Below, one piece after another: positions 18,474 to 27,852 of a DNA stretch of 64,000 nucleotides (the first letter of the stretch is position 1; each line of letters opens with the position of its first letter). The notes under the pieces were generated by a model. The model made no database searches, was not told the DNA's origin, and was given only the letters and a program-made list of their open reading frames with translations. The translations under genes were made by a program, and so were the position numbers. Source of the stretch: Escherichia phage vB_EcoM_ESCO32; the sequence record OM386658.1. The stretch is one strand, 5' to 3'.

Positions 18474-18731
18474 ATGACCACAGAACAAATCGTTAAAGAC
18501 CATTTTATGATGCACTACGTTTATTACTTCAATAATAATCAACAGAAAGGTGAGGGATTTTGTTATCTATCTGCACAACAAGGTTTTGGTATCCGTCAAG
18601 CAGATATTAACGGGGCAGTGGCTGGGATTACAAAAGGCTTGGTTGCAAACCTTAAAGACAATGTTGTTGTTGTCCCAACATGCATCTCTTATCTCTCAAC
18701 CTGTCCTGAAGAAGATTTTATGCATTCCTAA
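18474..18731 (+). CDS. hypothetical protein
   Basis: Track ORF; AGGAG SD. Confidence 0.55.
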   Translation: MTTEQIVKDHFMMHYVYYFNNNQQKGEGFCYLSAQQGFGIRQADINGAVAGITKGLVANLKDNVVVVPTCISYLSTCPEEDFMHS

Positions 18732-18797
18732 AACCTCCTGTAACGCATTCTAACGCACTTTTTATTTTAGTAATACGTTTCCCTACCTTATGCAAAC

Positions 18798-18833
18798 AAA
18801 AGCCCCTAGAAGCGATTCTAGGGGCTTTATTTT
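18798..18833. terminator. bidirectional terminator at convergence of plus and minus transcription units
   Basis: 10-bp stem AGCCCCTAGA/TCTAGGGGCT flanked by A-run and T-run. Confidence 0.6.
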
Positions 18834-18906
18834 AGTCTTCTGTAAAATATCCTATGACAACAATGATAAAGATGATTAACACTACGATACTCTCTAGTAA
18901 AGTCAT

Positions 18907-19128
18907 CTATAAATCTCGTTCATATAGTTCAATTATCAATTCATCCTCTGCTGTTATCGTACCAATTTGCCAAGTGTGAAGATAAACCTCTGTGTAAGAG
19001 TGTATCTTACTATCTAACAAGCACAACCACGTATTGTTGCTTACCTTTTCTTGAATATGAACCTTAACCACGAAAGGGTGAGGGTTATCTACTAAGAAAC
19101 CAATACTACCTTCTACAACTACAGACAT
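18907..19128 (-). CDS. hypothetical protein
   Basis: Track ORF; AGGAGG SD. Confidence 0.55.
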   Translation of the reverse strand: MSVVVEGSIGFLVDNPHPFVVKVHIQEKVSNNTWLCLLDSKIHSYTEVYLHTWQIGTITAEDELIIELYERDL

Positions 19129-19184
19129 AATACCTCCTATTGTTTATGCTAAAAGTGTTTATAACATATAAAGAGCATATATAC

Positions 19185-19210
19185 AAGAAAACCCGCCGAA
19201 GCGGGTTTAT
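19185..19210 (-). terminator. rho-independent terminator (minus strand)
   Basis: ACCCGC-TTCG-GCGGGT hairpin with T-run on minus strand, just downstream of gene 19214..19537. Confidence 0.55.
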
Positions 19211-19213
19211 GCG

Positions 19214-19537
19214 TTATACAATGTGTTTTGTTTTAACGTGCGAAGATTTAAAAATCTTATTATGTAATGAAATACGATTATCACGGAACACATAATAGTT
19301 AGCAACATCTGGCTTATCAACACAGAGTGTAGCCACAACTTTCATAGGTATAGATACATTCTCACGAAGAGTAACACTACCTTTCAAACGTTCAGATGAA
19401 ATGTGAATCAAACCTTCTTTTTCATCAATGACAACTTCTTTAACATTTTTGAAATTATAACAAGAGTTGTCAATATAAGATACCCTTGCCTTTGTTTGCT
19501 TCTGTTTAGGACGAGAACCAGTGTTTATTTTTTGCAT
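19214..19537 (-). CDS. hypothetical protein
   Basis: Track ORF; AAGGA SD. Confidence 0.55.
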   Translation of the reverse strand: MQKINTGSRPKQKQTKARVSYIDNSCYNFKNVKEVVIDEKEGLIHISSERLKGSVTLRENVSIPMKVVATLCVDKPDVANYYVFRDNRISLHNKIFKSSHVKTKHIV

Positions 19538-19545
19538 AGTTTTCC

Positions 19546-19833
19546 TTATTTGCTTTCACGAGCAAAATAATAATTTTCATATTCATTACGTGTAACGATT
19601 TCTGGATGATCAGGTTCACCGTAACTAAGTTTAACTTCAGGATACACTTTGGTGTTGAACAGACACGTAACACCTCTCATATAATATCCTGTAGGACTTA
19701 AAACAACATCATCTTCACTTACACTTGAGAATTTTATTTCACCATTAGTATCTTTGACGACAATAAGAGCATGTTCAGGCCAATCAAGATTTTCTTCTTT
19801 TAGTTTTTCATAAACTTCTTGTACTAGTTCCAT
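19546..19833 (-). CDS. hypothetical protein
   Basis: Track ORF; GAGGAGG SD. Confidence 0.6.
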   Translation of the reverse strand: MELVQEVYEKLKEENLDWPEHALIVVKDTNGEIKFSSVSEDDVVLSPTGYYMRGVTCLFNTKVYPEVKLSYGEPDHPEIVTRNEYENYYFARESK

Positions 19834-19842
19834 ATTGCCTCC

Positions 19843-20016
19843 TCAGATTACAAATTTTTCTTCTTCTGGTTTCTCGTAGTTGGGAGAATAAACGTGGGAT
19901 GGATTAAAACCTTTAAAGCTACCTCGCCCTTTTCGTGGACAATTGAACGTCTTAGCTTGGTGATCACCAAAAGATTTACCACAATGTACACATTTATAAT
20001 TGGTATCTTTGAACAT
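19843..20016 (-). CDS. small Cys-rich zinc-finger-like protein, 57 aa
   Basis: MFKDTNYKCVHCGKSF...FNCPRKG; strong AAGGAG SD; better supported than the overlapping track ORF 19848..20045 in another frame. Confidence 0.45.
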   Translation of the reverse strand: MFKDTNYKCVHCGKSFGDHQAKTFNCPRKGRGSFKGFNPSHVYSPNYEKPEEEKFVI

Positions 20017-20172
20017 TTTACTCTCCTTTGAAAGATAGGCTGCACAATAGTACAGCCTTTTAGAAAATTAGTGTTTAAATTTTTCGATTACTTCGTCAAC
20101 TTTAGCGATGATAACATCCTGATACTTGTGACCAAAATAACCAACAACAACACCAACAATAAACGTCATCAT

Positions 20173-20772
20173 TTACTTCTCCTTTTTAACTATAATGGCT
20201 TCTTCATTCAGAGTAAACAGCAAGGAAGATGTATCACCAACACACCTTGCACCTGGAATGAGTTCTAAAATTTTAGAGGATATAGCAATAGTAGTGTCAT
20301 CCAGTACGTATTCCCCAGGTAACAATCTTAATGTTATTGGAAAATCTACAGATGCCAGACCAGAGAACATCCCATCATTCAGAAGAATAACTTCTAAACC
20401 GCTATCTTCTTGTTGTGCATTATGCACTTTTTCAGGTAAGAAGTCAATACATTGATTTAAAATTTCTACATCTAATTCTACACCAGTCCTAGCCTTATAA
20501 ACTCTAGCCAAATCTATGATCCGAGAATCAATGCTGGCGTAAGGAGATTCCAAGTGTTTTGGGTCAATAGGAGCAACGCGTAATTTACTATCGAGAGATA
20601 CCCACGTTACAATCCACATTTCACCAACCCCAGGTTGATCTCGCGCAGTAAGGAATTCTACTAATGCTCCAGGATTAGGCATTATGTAATCTTGTGTGAT
20701 CAACATGTTCTTCACTCGCAAAAGCATTCCTGGCTTTAGTAAGCCCTTCTCACCACTCCAATATTCTTTCAT
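20173..20772 (-). CDS. hypothetical protein
   Basis: Track ORF 20173..20817 trimmed to ATG with CAGGAGTG SD. Confidence 0.55.
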   Translation of the reverse strand: MKEYWSGEKGLLKPGMLLRVKNMLITQDYIMPNPGALVEFLTARDQPGVGEMWIVTWVSLDSKLRVAPIDPKHLESPYASIDSRIIDLARVYKARTGVELDVEILNQCIDFLPEKVHNAQQEDSGLEVILLNDGMFSGLASVDFPITLRLLPGEYVLDDTTIAISSKILELIPGARCVGDTSSLLFTLNEEAIIVKKEK

Positions 20773-20785
20773 TTTCACTCCTGAT

Positions 20786-21058
20786 TTAATGTCGTAGTTC
20801 ACTAAACTTACAAACAAAGTGAACGTTAAGAAAAGTTAGTTTTCGATCTGGTGTAAACTCTGTTACTGTTTTATACACCTGTGCAATACCGAACCTGTTG
20901 ACAGCAGGTACTGACAATTGGCTTATACACTTTATAGCTGATAGTTTTGCCTCTTCTTCAGATGCAAAATAGGTAAACATACCTTCTTCGTCAACTATAA
21001 TCTCTTGTGTAACACAGTCTACAAAACAAAAGAAGACGTTAGGTAATTTTTCCGACAT
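20786..21058 (-). CDS. hypothetical protein
   Basis: Track ORF 20786..21175 trimmed to internal ATG (the 5' part overlaps next gene in another frame). Confidence 0.45.
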   Translation of the reverse strand: MSEKLPNVFFCFVDCVTQEIIVDEEGMFTYFASEEEAKLSAIKCISQLSVPAVNRFGIAQVYKTVTEFTPDRKLTFLNVHFVCKFSELRH

Positions 21059-21059
21059 A

Positions 21060-21272
21060 TTAGTTGTTCCTGTACTTAGAGAACAAAGTATTGACCAACC
21101 AATCAGCAAACAGTAGTCCAAGTGTACCAATACCGTAACCAATAAGCATAATGTAAGGCACGGCTTTATTTTCATTACCTGTCATTACTTCGGGAAAAAT
21201 CAAAAATACGATACCGTTACCAACGATAATCCAAAACATAAGAAACACAAAAACACGAAGCAACATTCCCAT
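21060..21272 (-). CDS. small membrane protein (two predicted TM helices)
   Basis: Track ORF; AGGAGG SD; hydrophobic. Confidence 0.55.
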   Translation of the reverse strand: MGMLLRVFVFLMFWIIVGNGIVFLIFPEVMTGNENKAVPYIMLIGYGIGTLGLLFADWLVNTLFSKYRNN

Positions 21273-21273
21273 A

Positions 21274-21456
21274 TTATTCTTCCTCCTTCACTTCTTCAAC
21301 TTTACGAAGCATACGTTTATCAAATGTAGCTTTCTGTAGTTGCTCATTAACATCAAACCACACTACTTCGCAAGTATCATAAGTAGATACCATTACAGTC
21401 ATTAACATTTCTTCACTGGCAAGACGTACAATATCACCTGTTTTAATATTTACCAT
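21274..21456 (-). CDS. hypothetical protein
   Basis: Track ORF; GGAGG SD. Confidence 0.5.
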   Translation of the reverse strand: MVNIKTGDIVRLASEEMLMTVMVSTYDTCEVVWFDVNEQLQKATFDKRMLRKVEEVKEEE

Positions 21457-21860
21457 AACTCCTCCAGAAGTTTACCAAGTTTAGTTTTAAATTCATTATC
21501 CCACGCTATACGAACTATGTCAAGATCACCTTGTGCATTACGTTTTGTATCTAAGTAGTAACCACCATGCTCATAGCGGTGTTTTATATGCTCGATCAGA
21601 CGTTCTTTATCACTCTTAGATAAATAATCATCAAACTCCCCATTGAAAAGATCTAAGATTGTTTGTCTATTATCTCCTAATTGAGTGATTCTAAAGCTAA
21701 TCAGACACCCCTGTAAACCTATATCTGTTTGTTTAAGAGAAAACCCATGACCAAAGCCGCCTGTAACTATAACAAGCGGTTTTCCTGTGATAGAGCTTTT
21801 AATAACATCTTGCTTAGGTTCTGCCAAAGATGTTAGAAACCCTTTTAACCATTTGAACAT
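21450..21860 (-). CDS. hypothetical protein
   Basis: Track ORF; AGGAGGG SD. Confidence 0.55.
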   Translation of the reverse strand: MFKWLKGFLTSLAEPKQDVIKSSITGKPLVIVTGGFGHGFSLKQTDIGLQGCLISFRITQLGDNRQTILDLFNGEFDDYLSKSDKERLIEHIKHRYEHGGYYLDTKRNAQGDLDIVRIAWDNEFKTKLGKLLEELW

Positions 21861-21965
21861 AAACCCTCCTGTGTGGCGTGGCTTTGCCTAAGCGCCGAAG
21901 GCGCGGATCAAATATAAGCTGAATTTATTACGCCCAGGTAGCCAGGGCGCATAAATATCAGAAAT

Positions 21966-22214
21966 TTACCATCGAATAACTATTCGAGTAAAGTTTTCAT
22001 CGTAATGAGATGTTTCTGTATCAATAAAAGTTGAAAAACCTTCAGCATCCAAGCTAACTTTTACGAAAGTTGGATAAAGCGTGTATATAGCAGCTTCTCT
22101 GTCCCCATCTTTAGCTGCTCTTTCAATATACGCGTAGATGCTTTGTAAACTCTCTTTTGCTTTGTTAAGTTCTGCGTTTTCTGCCAGTTCTCTCATTTTA
22201 TCTGCTACAGTCAT
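21966..22214 (-). CDS. hypothetical protein
   Basis: Track ORF. Confidence 0.5.
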   Translation of the reverse strand: MTVADKMRELAENAELNKAKESLQSIYAYIERAAKDGDREAAIYTLYPTFVKVSLDAEGFSTFIDTETSHYDENFTRIVIRW

Positions 22215-22483
22215 TTGTCAGTATCCTTTTCAATAAAGCCTGTGGTTTTACAAGGTACACATTCATACATTTGTCCAACATCTGCAACCACCCAACCCAT
22301 TCCATTGCAATAAGGACAGATTGTTTTGTTCTCTTTAGCATACACAGCCAGAAGTCTTTCTTCTAGCTTGTTGTAATCAGCAAGAAGAACATAGTCTCCT
22401 TCTGGATCTGGTACAATATCACATTGACCAGCAGCACCTTGGCTGTACACCTCTAAATCATATCGTGTAACCATTATTCCCAC
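22211..22483 (-). CDS. hypothetical Cys-containing protein
   Basis: Track ORF; CPYCNG...CVPCK pairs. Confidence 0.5.
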   Translation of the reverse strand: MGIMVTRYDLEVYSQGAAGQCDIVPDPEGDYVLLADYNKLEERLLAVYAKENKTICPYCNGMGWVVADVGQMYECVPCKTTGFIEKDTDK

Positions 22484-22692
22484 TCCGCAATCAGTTTTGG
22501 ATTTTCTGCACGAGAATAGAATGTTGTAATGTCACCGTAAGTGTACTCTTGTTCCGACAGTTTTACAAGAGAGATCATTTCACGATCTGGAGTACCAGGA
22601 ATCCAGTCAAATACAGCAACGCCACGTGGTGTTACATAGAAACCAGATGTATTACCCGTAAACTTATCTTTTCCTTTATATAATTTGTACAC
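22474..22692 (-). CDS. hypothetical protein
   Basis: Track ORF, GTG start after GAGGAG. Confidence 0.5.
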   Translation of the reverse strand: MYKLYKGKDKFTGNTSGFYVTPRGVAVFDWIPGTPDREMISLVKLSEQEYTYGDITTFYSRAENPKLIAEWE

Positions 22693-22751
22693 TTTCTACT
22701 CCTCATAGATAGAATCTATTAAAAACCTGCTATCAATCGGTATAAACAGTT

Positions 22752-22818
22752 TTACTTTTCGTAAAAAACATGCTACCCTAATCTTATATACCGAGCGATA
22801 GCGAGGTAGAGAATATTC
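22752..22818 (+). repeat. conserved intergenic element, copy A (promoter-like)
   Basis: 18-nt core AAAAACATGCTACCCTAA plus GAGCGA.AGCGAG.TAG shared with copy B at 51214..51280; reads as TTTACT - 17 nt - TGcTACCCT extended -10. Confidence 0.45.
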
Positions 22819-22899
22819 CATGTTATACATGGAAAGAGTATATGTAATGTTACTAACTCTATAACTAACTATATACTCTTTATACCTTACTTACTACTC

Positions 22900-23142
22900 T
22901 TATTGAAGTTCAAAGATATCCCCATCTCCATCATATCCATACTCTAACTCTCCTGTATCATATAATACAATAAAGTCTGTATCATCTTCAATAAAAGATT
23001 TAGCATAATCTACTAACTCTTCATTATCTTCATACCCTTCCAGGTACTCAATACGACCATTGATACATTTAGCTGCAACAACTCCTGGGCCATTGCTTGG
23101 AGTCCACTCACTGTATACTCGCATACCTAATTCTTTAATCAT
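22900..23142 (-). CDS. hypothetical acidic protein
   Basis: Track ORF 22900..23163 trimmed to ATG after AGGAGA. Confidence 0.5.
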   Translation of the reverse strand: MIKELGMRVYSEWTPSNGPGVVAAKCINGRIEYLEGYEDNEELVDYAKSFIEDDTDFIVLYDTGELEYGYDGDGDIFELQ

Positions 23143-23359
23143 TGTTTGTCTCCTCATAATCAATGTAGTTGTAACACTTATTCTTTAAGAAATCTTCTGC
23201 TTGTTTCTTGTGTTTTAGAATGATGCACTTCTCTTTATTCTGTTCTACATCATTATGTAGATTGTATAAGTTAGATGCACCATACAGAATACCAATTAAC
23301 AAAAGCAAAAAGATTGCGGTTGATAACAAAAATTGTTGCAACTTGTTTACAGACTTCAT
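23135..23359 (-). CDS. membrane protein, paralogue of 27853..28071
   Basis: Track ORF; N-terminal TM helix; C-terminal KEKCIILKHKKQAEDFL shared with paralogue. Confidence 0.55.
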   Translation of the reverse strand: MKSVNKLQQFLLSTAIFLLLLIGILYGASNLYNLHNDVEQNKEKCIILKHKKQAEDFLKNKCYNYIDYEETNND

Positions 23360-23412
23360 AAACCCTCCTTATCGTTAGTACACATTGATACTAACAAGAA
23401 GTTAAGATCGTG

Positions 23413-23586
23413 TCAACATCTTTGTGTTAATTTTATCCACTGTTCACATTCTTCTTTTGTGTCGTACTCTACAGGCTTTCCTGTATCATTTCCACAACCA
23501 TCTCCGAACGTAGCCCACCAGGAGAATAGAAAACAAGTTTCTCTTACTCTCCACTTATTGGCATAAGGTACAACATAATAACTCAT
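23413..23586 (-). CDS. small Cys-rich protein, 57 aa
   Basis: ORF below threshold; ATGA overlap with upstream stop; fills gap. Confidence 0.3.
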   Translation of the reverse strand: MSYYVVPYANKWRVRETCFLFSWWATFGDGCGNDTGKPVEYDTKEECEQWIKLTQRC

Positions 23587-23834
23587 AAGATTGTGATCCT
23601 TAGCTCATTTTCTAAGGTATGTCTCACACATTCTTTGAAATTGTTATCAATATAAACCACACGTACTCCATGAGGTGTTTCTTTACATTCAAACACATTA
23701 TATACAGTGTCAGATAAGACATGTTGTACGTTTACTTGTCCAATACCATCTTTAACCACAACCATTACTTTCAGTAAACTTGTATGGTTTTTAACTTCAT
23801 CTTCTACGTATGCTACAACATCTTTGATATTCAT
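23583..23834 (-). CDS. hypothetical protein
   Basis: Track ORF. Confidence 0.55.
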   Translation of the reverse strand: MNIKDVVAYVEDEVKNHTSLLKVMVVVKDGIGQVNVQHVLSDTVYNVFECKETPHGVRVVYIDNNFKECVRHTLENELRITIL

Positions 23835-24130
23835 CGTTTCTCCTGTTTAAGTACGATATAAGATTGACGAGATTTCCATCGTCCTATCTTAACAAGGCAA
23901 ATAATGCCTCTCTTTAACAGATATTTCATATCTTCGTCATAAGCTGTTTGCAATTGCCACTTACTGTTAACAGGAAGAGAACCATGTACCCTTAAATGAG
24001 CTAACAAATACTTTCTTCGCTCCTTCCCATAAGGCAGATATTGCCATTCTTTCTTTGATACAGGTTCATGTACTTTACGATGCCAGTAAGTAAGGTGTCT
24101 TCTTTTATGTAAACCCCTATTCCTTACCAT
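23831..24130 (-). CDS. hypothetical basic protein
   Basis: Track ORF. Confidence 0.5.
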   Translation of the reverse strand: MVRNRGLHKRRHLTYWHRKVHEPVSKKEWQYLPYGKERRKYLLAHLRVHGSLPVNSKWQLQTAYDEDMKYLLKRGIICLVKIGRWKSRQSYIVLKQEKR

Positions 24131-24369
24131 TATACCTCTACCTCCGTTACCCCAGGATCTCTAGTCCAGGTGTAGTAGAGCATACCATCTTCTTTCAGTG
24201 CAATGCGATCACTTTCGTCTCGAAGATATAGGTCACATACTACGCGCAGTTGCGGATCTGATCCGAGTAGTTCTGAAACAATAAGGTCATCACCGCTCAT
24301 ACGAGCAACAATCACTGCATATTGACCAGTATCTGCATCAAAAATTGGTTGTCCGATGTTTAATTGCAT
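24130..24369 (-). CDS. hypothetical protein
   Basis: Track ORF. Confidence 0.5.
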   Translation of the reverse strand: MQLNIGQPIFDADTGQYAVIVARMSGDDLIVSELLGSDPQLRVVCDLYLRDESDRIALKEDGMLYYTWTRDPGVTEVEV

Positions 24370-24554
24370 TGTGTTGTCTCCTTATTCAGTACGTTGTTTT
24401 GTGCTGCGCACCAGCACTCATAAAAACCTTGGGTTAATGGCATAGTGTAATTTCCAGAAGGATCTCTTTCGAGATCCCCATCTGCATAACAACCACTACC
24501 TAAGAACCATTTTTCAAAATCGGATAAATCATACCAATCTACACTATTTTTCAT
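24360..24554 (-). CDS. hypothetical protein
   Basis: Track ORF 24360..24641 trimmed to ATG adjacent to upstream stop. Confidence 0.4.
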   Translation of the reverse strand: MKNSVDWYDLSDFEKWFLGSGCYADGDLERDPSGNYTMPLTQGFYECWCAAQNNVLNKETTQCN

Positions 24555-24555
24555 A

Positions 24556-25014
24556 TTATACTGTCTTATACCCGACAATGGCAACCTGATTCGTAGGCTT
24601 CCAACGACCAATAATCTCACCAGAAATCTCTGTGCTACCATTTATGTATTGGTAATGGGTATCATCATGATTAACCCACGCCATAACGTCAAGAGTAGGG
24701 GTTTTGACGTGTACCAGTAGTGTAGCCCATTCTGGGGCTTCTTTAATATCTACAGAATCTTGCCAATCTTCTTCGATGTGCCAAGTAGGTTCACCATCAA
24801 CATCTGTAATGAAGAAACGAGCTTTCATACGTTTAAAGAACATTGGTGTATACCCGTGATCGCACTCTGGGATAAAATCATCCATTGTCTCGTCATAGGT
24901 GAAATATTGTCCATCTTTGTAATGAAAAGATGCACAAAATAGTTCATTACGAGCAGGAACATGCCATACAGCTACAAAACTACGACCATGTGGATAATGT
25001 TTAACCTCTTGCAT
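24556..25014 (-). CDS. hypothetical protein
   Basis: Track ORF trimmed to ATG after AAGGAG. Confidence 0.55.
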   Translation of the reverse strand: MQEVKHYPHGRSFVAVWHVPARNELFCASFHYKDGQYFTYDETMDDFIPECDHGYTPMFFKRMKARFFITDVDGEPTWHIEEDWQDSVDIKEAPEWATLLVHVKTPTLDVMAWVNHDDTHYQYINGSTEISGEIIGRWKPTNQVAIVGYKTV

Positions 25015-25030
25015 AGTTTTCTCCTTATTT

Positions 25031-25375
25031 TTATTCAAAAGAATCAATTCGATTTTGTTCTATGTCAATTGCAGCATCTAAGATAAGTTTTAATGCTTCA
25101 AATTGCAAGTGTTCTTCTAAAGAGAAGACGTATAAAACAACGGATTCCAAGTAAGACAGCACCCCAAGACTAAGAGTTGCAATTTCTACTCCTGCATCGG
25201 AGAAGCCTGTTTGCAAAACTTCTTTGAAGAAACGTTGTTTATCAACAATAGCAGATAAAATAAGCGTTTTACACTCGTCTGCTGATCGTACTGTGCAGTA
25301 TATGTTGCTAAAAGAATCTAGCCACATTTTGATCATACCCTGTCGGTACATAAGGATTTCAATATCAGCCAACAT
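25031..25375 (-). CDS. hypothetical protein
   Basis: Track ORF 25031..25474 trimmed to ATG after GAGGAG. Confidence 0.5.
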   Translation of the reverse strand: MLADIEILMYRQGMIKMWLDSFSNIYCTVRSADECKTLILSAIVDKQRFFKEVLQTGFSDAGVEIATLSLGVLSYLESVVLYVFSLEEHLQFEALKLILDAAIDIEQNRIDSFE

Positions 25376-25376
25376 A

Positions 25377-25544
25377 TTATTTCTCCTCTGGAGAGAGATT
25401 AGGATTGATTTGATAGTAAAAATCAAAATCCTTGTGTTGATCGCACCATTCTTGAGCTTCTTTAAATGACGCAAATTGCATAGTGAATGTTGCCATCCAC
25501 GTGTTCATACTTTTATTGAACTTGTCGATAAAAAATGTTTGCAT
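25377..25544 (-). CDS. hypothetical protein
   Basis: Track ORF 25377..25565 trimmed to ATG after GGGAGG. Confidence 0.45.
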   Translation of the reverse strand: MQTFFIDKFNKSMNTWMATFTMQFASFKEAQEWCDQHKDFDFYYQINPNLSPEEK

Positions 25545-25762
25545 TATTCCTCCCATTTTATCCAAAGGCAGTATTCTGGAACATAAACCTCCTTCCCTTT
25601 GTTATTTACAAAGGTGTACTCCACAAATTCTGCTTTATATGTTTTGTTATATTCCTCTGCTGCTGGCACAGGACATTTTGTAATGCGCGTTTCAGTCCAA
25701 CGGCGGTGTATAACCGCCTTGTTCTTTGGATCAAATGGATGTATAAAGTGCGTTTTACTCAT
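25544..25762 (-). CDS. hypothetical protein
   Basis: Track ORF. Confidence 0.5.
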   Translation of the reverse strand: MSKTHFIHPFDPKNKAVIHRRWTETRITKCPVPAAEEYNKTYKAEFVEYTFVNNKGKEVYVPEYCLWIKWEE

Positions 25763-26159
25763 GCGCCATTTCCACCAGATTTTTAATCATAGTCTCTCGA
25801 CAGAGATTCCACATATCTGAAGCAACCATAGAGGCATATTCATCGGGGTTGGATTCTGGTAAAATCTCTTTAACGGCTTCTGGTGTCGGGTTGCACATAG
25901 CGGGTAGTGCTTTAAGTGCATCTTCAATAGAGAGCTTCTTACCTTCACTGTAAATAACTTCGTAATCATAGTCATTTACATCTTCTGGAATATCTCGATC
26001 CAGGAAACGTACAGTAGAGTTATGCATTTTGTTCATAGCTTCACTAACACCAGCGCCACAAAGCTGTGCAACTTCTTTAGAGATACAGTCACAAATAACA
26101 ACTTCGTAAGGCTTTCCACCATAATACTGCGCATTATATTTGATTTTAACAGACCACAT
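25755..26159 (-). CDS. hypothetical protein
   Basis: Track ORF; AAGGAG SD. Confidence 0.55.
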   Translation of the reverse strand: MWSVKIKYNAQYYGGKPYEVVICDCISKEVAQLCGAGVSEAMNKMHNSTVRFLDRDIPEDVNDYDYEVIYSEGKKLSIEDALKALPAMCNPTPEAVKEILPESNPDEYASMVASDMWNLCRETMIKNLVEMAHE

Positions 26160-26169
26160 ATTACTCTCC

Positions 26170-26856
26170 TTATTTAACGTGTTTTAGCAATTCAATGTTG
26201 GCAGAATAGTTTTCACCACAATTAGTAACGCTCAACAGTGACCATTTACAAGAGAATACACCTTTTAGATGATCTGGAACACACATCAGCGGAACATAAA
26301 CTGTTTCTGAATCTTCTGTTTGCTCTGTTTTGTTAACATTGCAACAAAATGGCAATACATCATCATGAATCATTTTACATTCACTCAAATTATCTAACAT
26401 ATGTGAAACTTGTTCTGAAGTTTCAAACATTTGTGCTTCACAAGCCAGCGCACCAACCACTTGATAAGCCTCTCCACACAAATCTTCTAGTTCTAAAATA
26501 CGTTCAGACATAGCTTCGATGATTGCTGATCGTGCTTCCACCTTAGTTTCTGCTTCTTTAATTTTCTTCTCAAGTTCTGCAATGTACTTCAGTAGCGCAC
26601 TAACAACATCTTGAGTATTTTCTTGGTCATCTTGGGAAATTTTTACCAAAGAAGAAGCTGCTTTGCAACGTACTTTAGGTTCTACATAACCAAAAGTCAT
26701 ATTTTCCGAAGAAGATTGTTGTGAAAACCAGTGTTTGTTCGAAGAAAACACAGGTTCATCTTCAAACCAGAACACATCTCCAGTGATATCACGAGCCATG
26801 AAATTTGCATTGTCTGGAACTTCGTAACGATGCCCTTCAAACATAATCTCTTTCAT
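26170..26856 (-). CDS. hypothetical protein with central coiled-coil-like segment
   Basis: Track ORF; GGAGG SD. Confidence 0.55.
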   Translation of the reverse strand: MKEIMFEGHRYEVPDNANFMARDITGDVFWFEDEPVFSSNKHWFSQQSSSENMTFGYVEPKVRCKAASSLVKISQDDQENTQDVVSALLKYIAELEKKIKEAETKVEARSAIIEAMSERILELEDLCGEAYQVVGALACEAQMFETSEQVSHMLDNLSECKMIHDDVLPFCCNVNKTEQTEDSETVYVPLMCVPDHLKGVFSCKWSLLSVTNCGENYSANIELLKHVK

Positions 26857-27440
26857 TACACATCCTCCATTTGGAACATCTCTTTGTGGTTAGAATAGAT
26901 CTGTTTGAAAATCTTGTCAAGGCGTTCATATGATTCTTTATGCTCTTGTTTCCATCCATGATTTCGGATTTTATCTGCCAAATCATAAGCCTCGCATAAA
27001 ACTTTGGCAAAGTTGGTATTATCTATAGCACAAGCCTCAAAACCTTGAACTAAACCCTCTACATCATACCATGTATAGTCAGAGTCACTAGGAGTCTTTC
27101 CTGCATCGGCTAAACGTTGCCTCACCCATTCGATACGTTTTTCATTCAAATGGCACTTACCTTCTCTACACTCTTGTTCTAATTCTTCTTTAGATTCATT
27201 GAATGGGTGAAGGACAGGTAGCTCTGCTTTTTGCAATTGCTCCAGATATTCTCCTACAATGCGCATAGCTTCACTGTGTGTACACTTTCTACCTGTGTGC
27301 CAGTAACGGAAGATACTTTCTGTTAAACAGATGTTTTTACTAAACATCGCATTATCTTTAACATTCGATCTATTAACCCAGTCTATATAATATACATAAA
27401 ACTGCAATAATTCATAACTGCTTGGTATAATTTTACTCAT
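26856..27440 (-). CDS. member of 4-gene paralogue family (LxFY...PFN...H.N..R..WV..R)
   Basis: Track ORF; AAGGAG SD; shares motifs with 28064..28432, 30356..30724, 30714..31091. Confidence 0.6.
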   Translation of the reverse strand: MSKIIPSSYELLQFYVYYIDWVNRSNVKDNAMFSKNICLTESIFRYWHTGRKCTHSEAMRIVGEYLEQLQKAELPVLHPFNESKEELEQECREGKCHLNEKRIEWVRQRLADAGKTPSDSDYTWYDVEGLVQGFEACAIDNTNFAKVLCEAYDLADKIRNHGWKQEHKESYERLDKIFKQIYSNHKEMFQMEDV

Positions 27441-27449
27441 AACCTCTCC

Positions 27450-27617
27450 TTAATTGTGAAAAATGTTATCGATCAGTATGACTAGTAGTACGAGGACAGA
27501 AGGGAGCAGGAATAGAAATCTTAACATTATGTGATGCGTGTGAGAAGCGGCTTTAGCGCCAGCCGCCAATAAGCCTACTAATCCTACAATAAAGAGCAGT
27601 TGTTCAGGGACACCCAT
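27450..27617 (-). CDS. small membrane protein, about 55 aa
   Basis: ORF below threshold; hydrophobic; approx coordinates. Confidence 0.3.
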   Translation of the reverse strand: MGVPEQLLFIVGLVGLLAAGAKAASHTHHIMLRFLFLLPSVLVLLVILIDNIFHN

Positions 27618-27618
27618 A

Positions 27619-27843
27619 TTATGGAACACTTGGATACTCCGTAAGTTTGGCTAATAGTTGGATATGTGGACACGTAAACTGTTGTCCTGGATAGCGTGAG
27701 CTAATGTCATCCAGTAAAGCAATCACAGCATTGTGCAATGCTTCGTAATCCTCATAATACACCATCTCTCCATTAGGATCTTCAACAATATCACAGTGAC
27801 AAGCGTGAGCAGTACACGCATCCCATTCCAGACGTTTTACCAT
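27619..27843 (-). CDS. hypothetical Cys/His-rich protein
   Basis: Track ORF; AAGGAGGG SD. Confidence 0.55.
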   Translation of the reverse strand: MVKRLEWDACTAHACHCDIVEDPNGEMVYYEDYEALHNAVIALLDDISSRYPGQQFTCPHIQLLAKLTEYPSVP

Positions 27844-27852
27844 AAACCCTCC

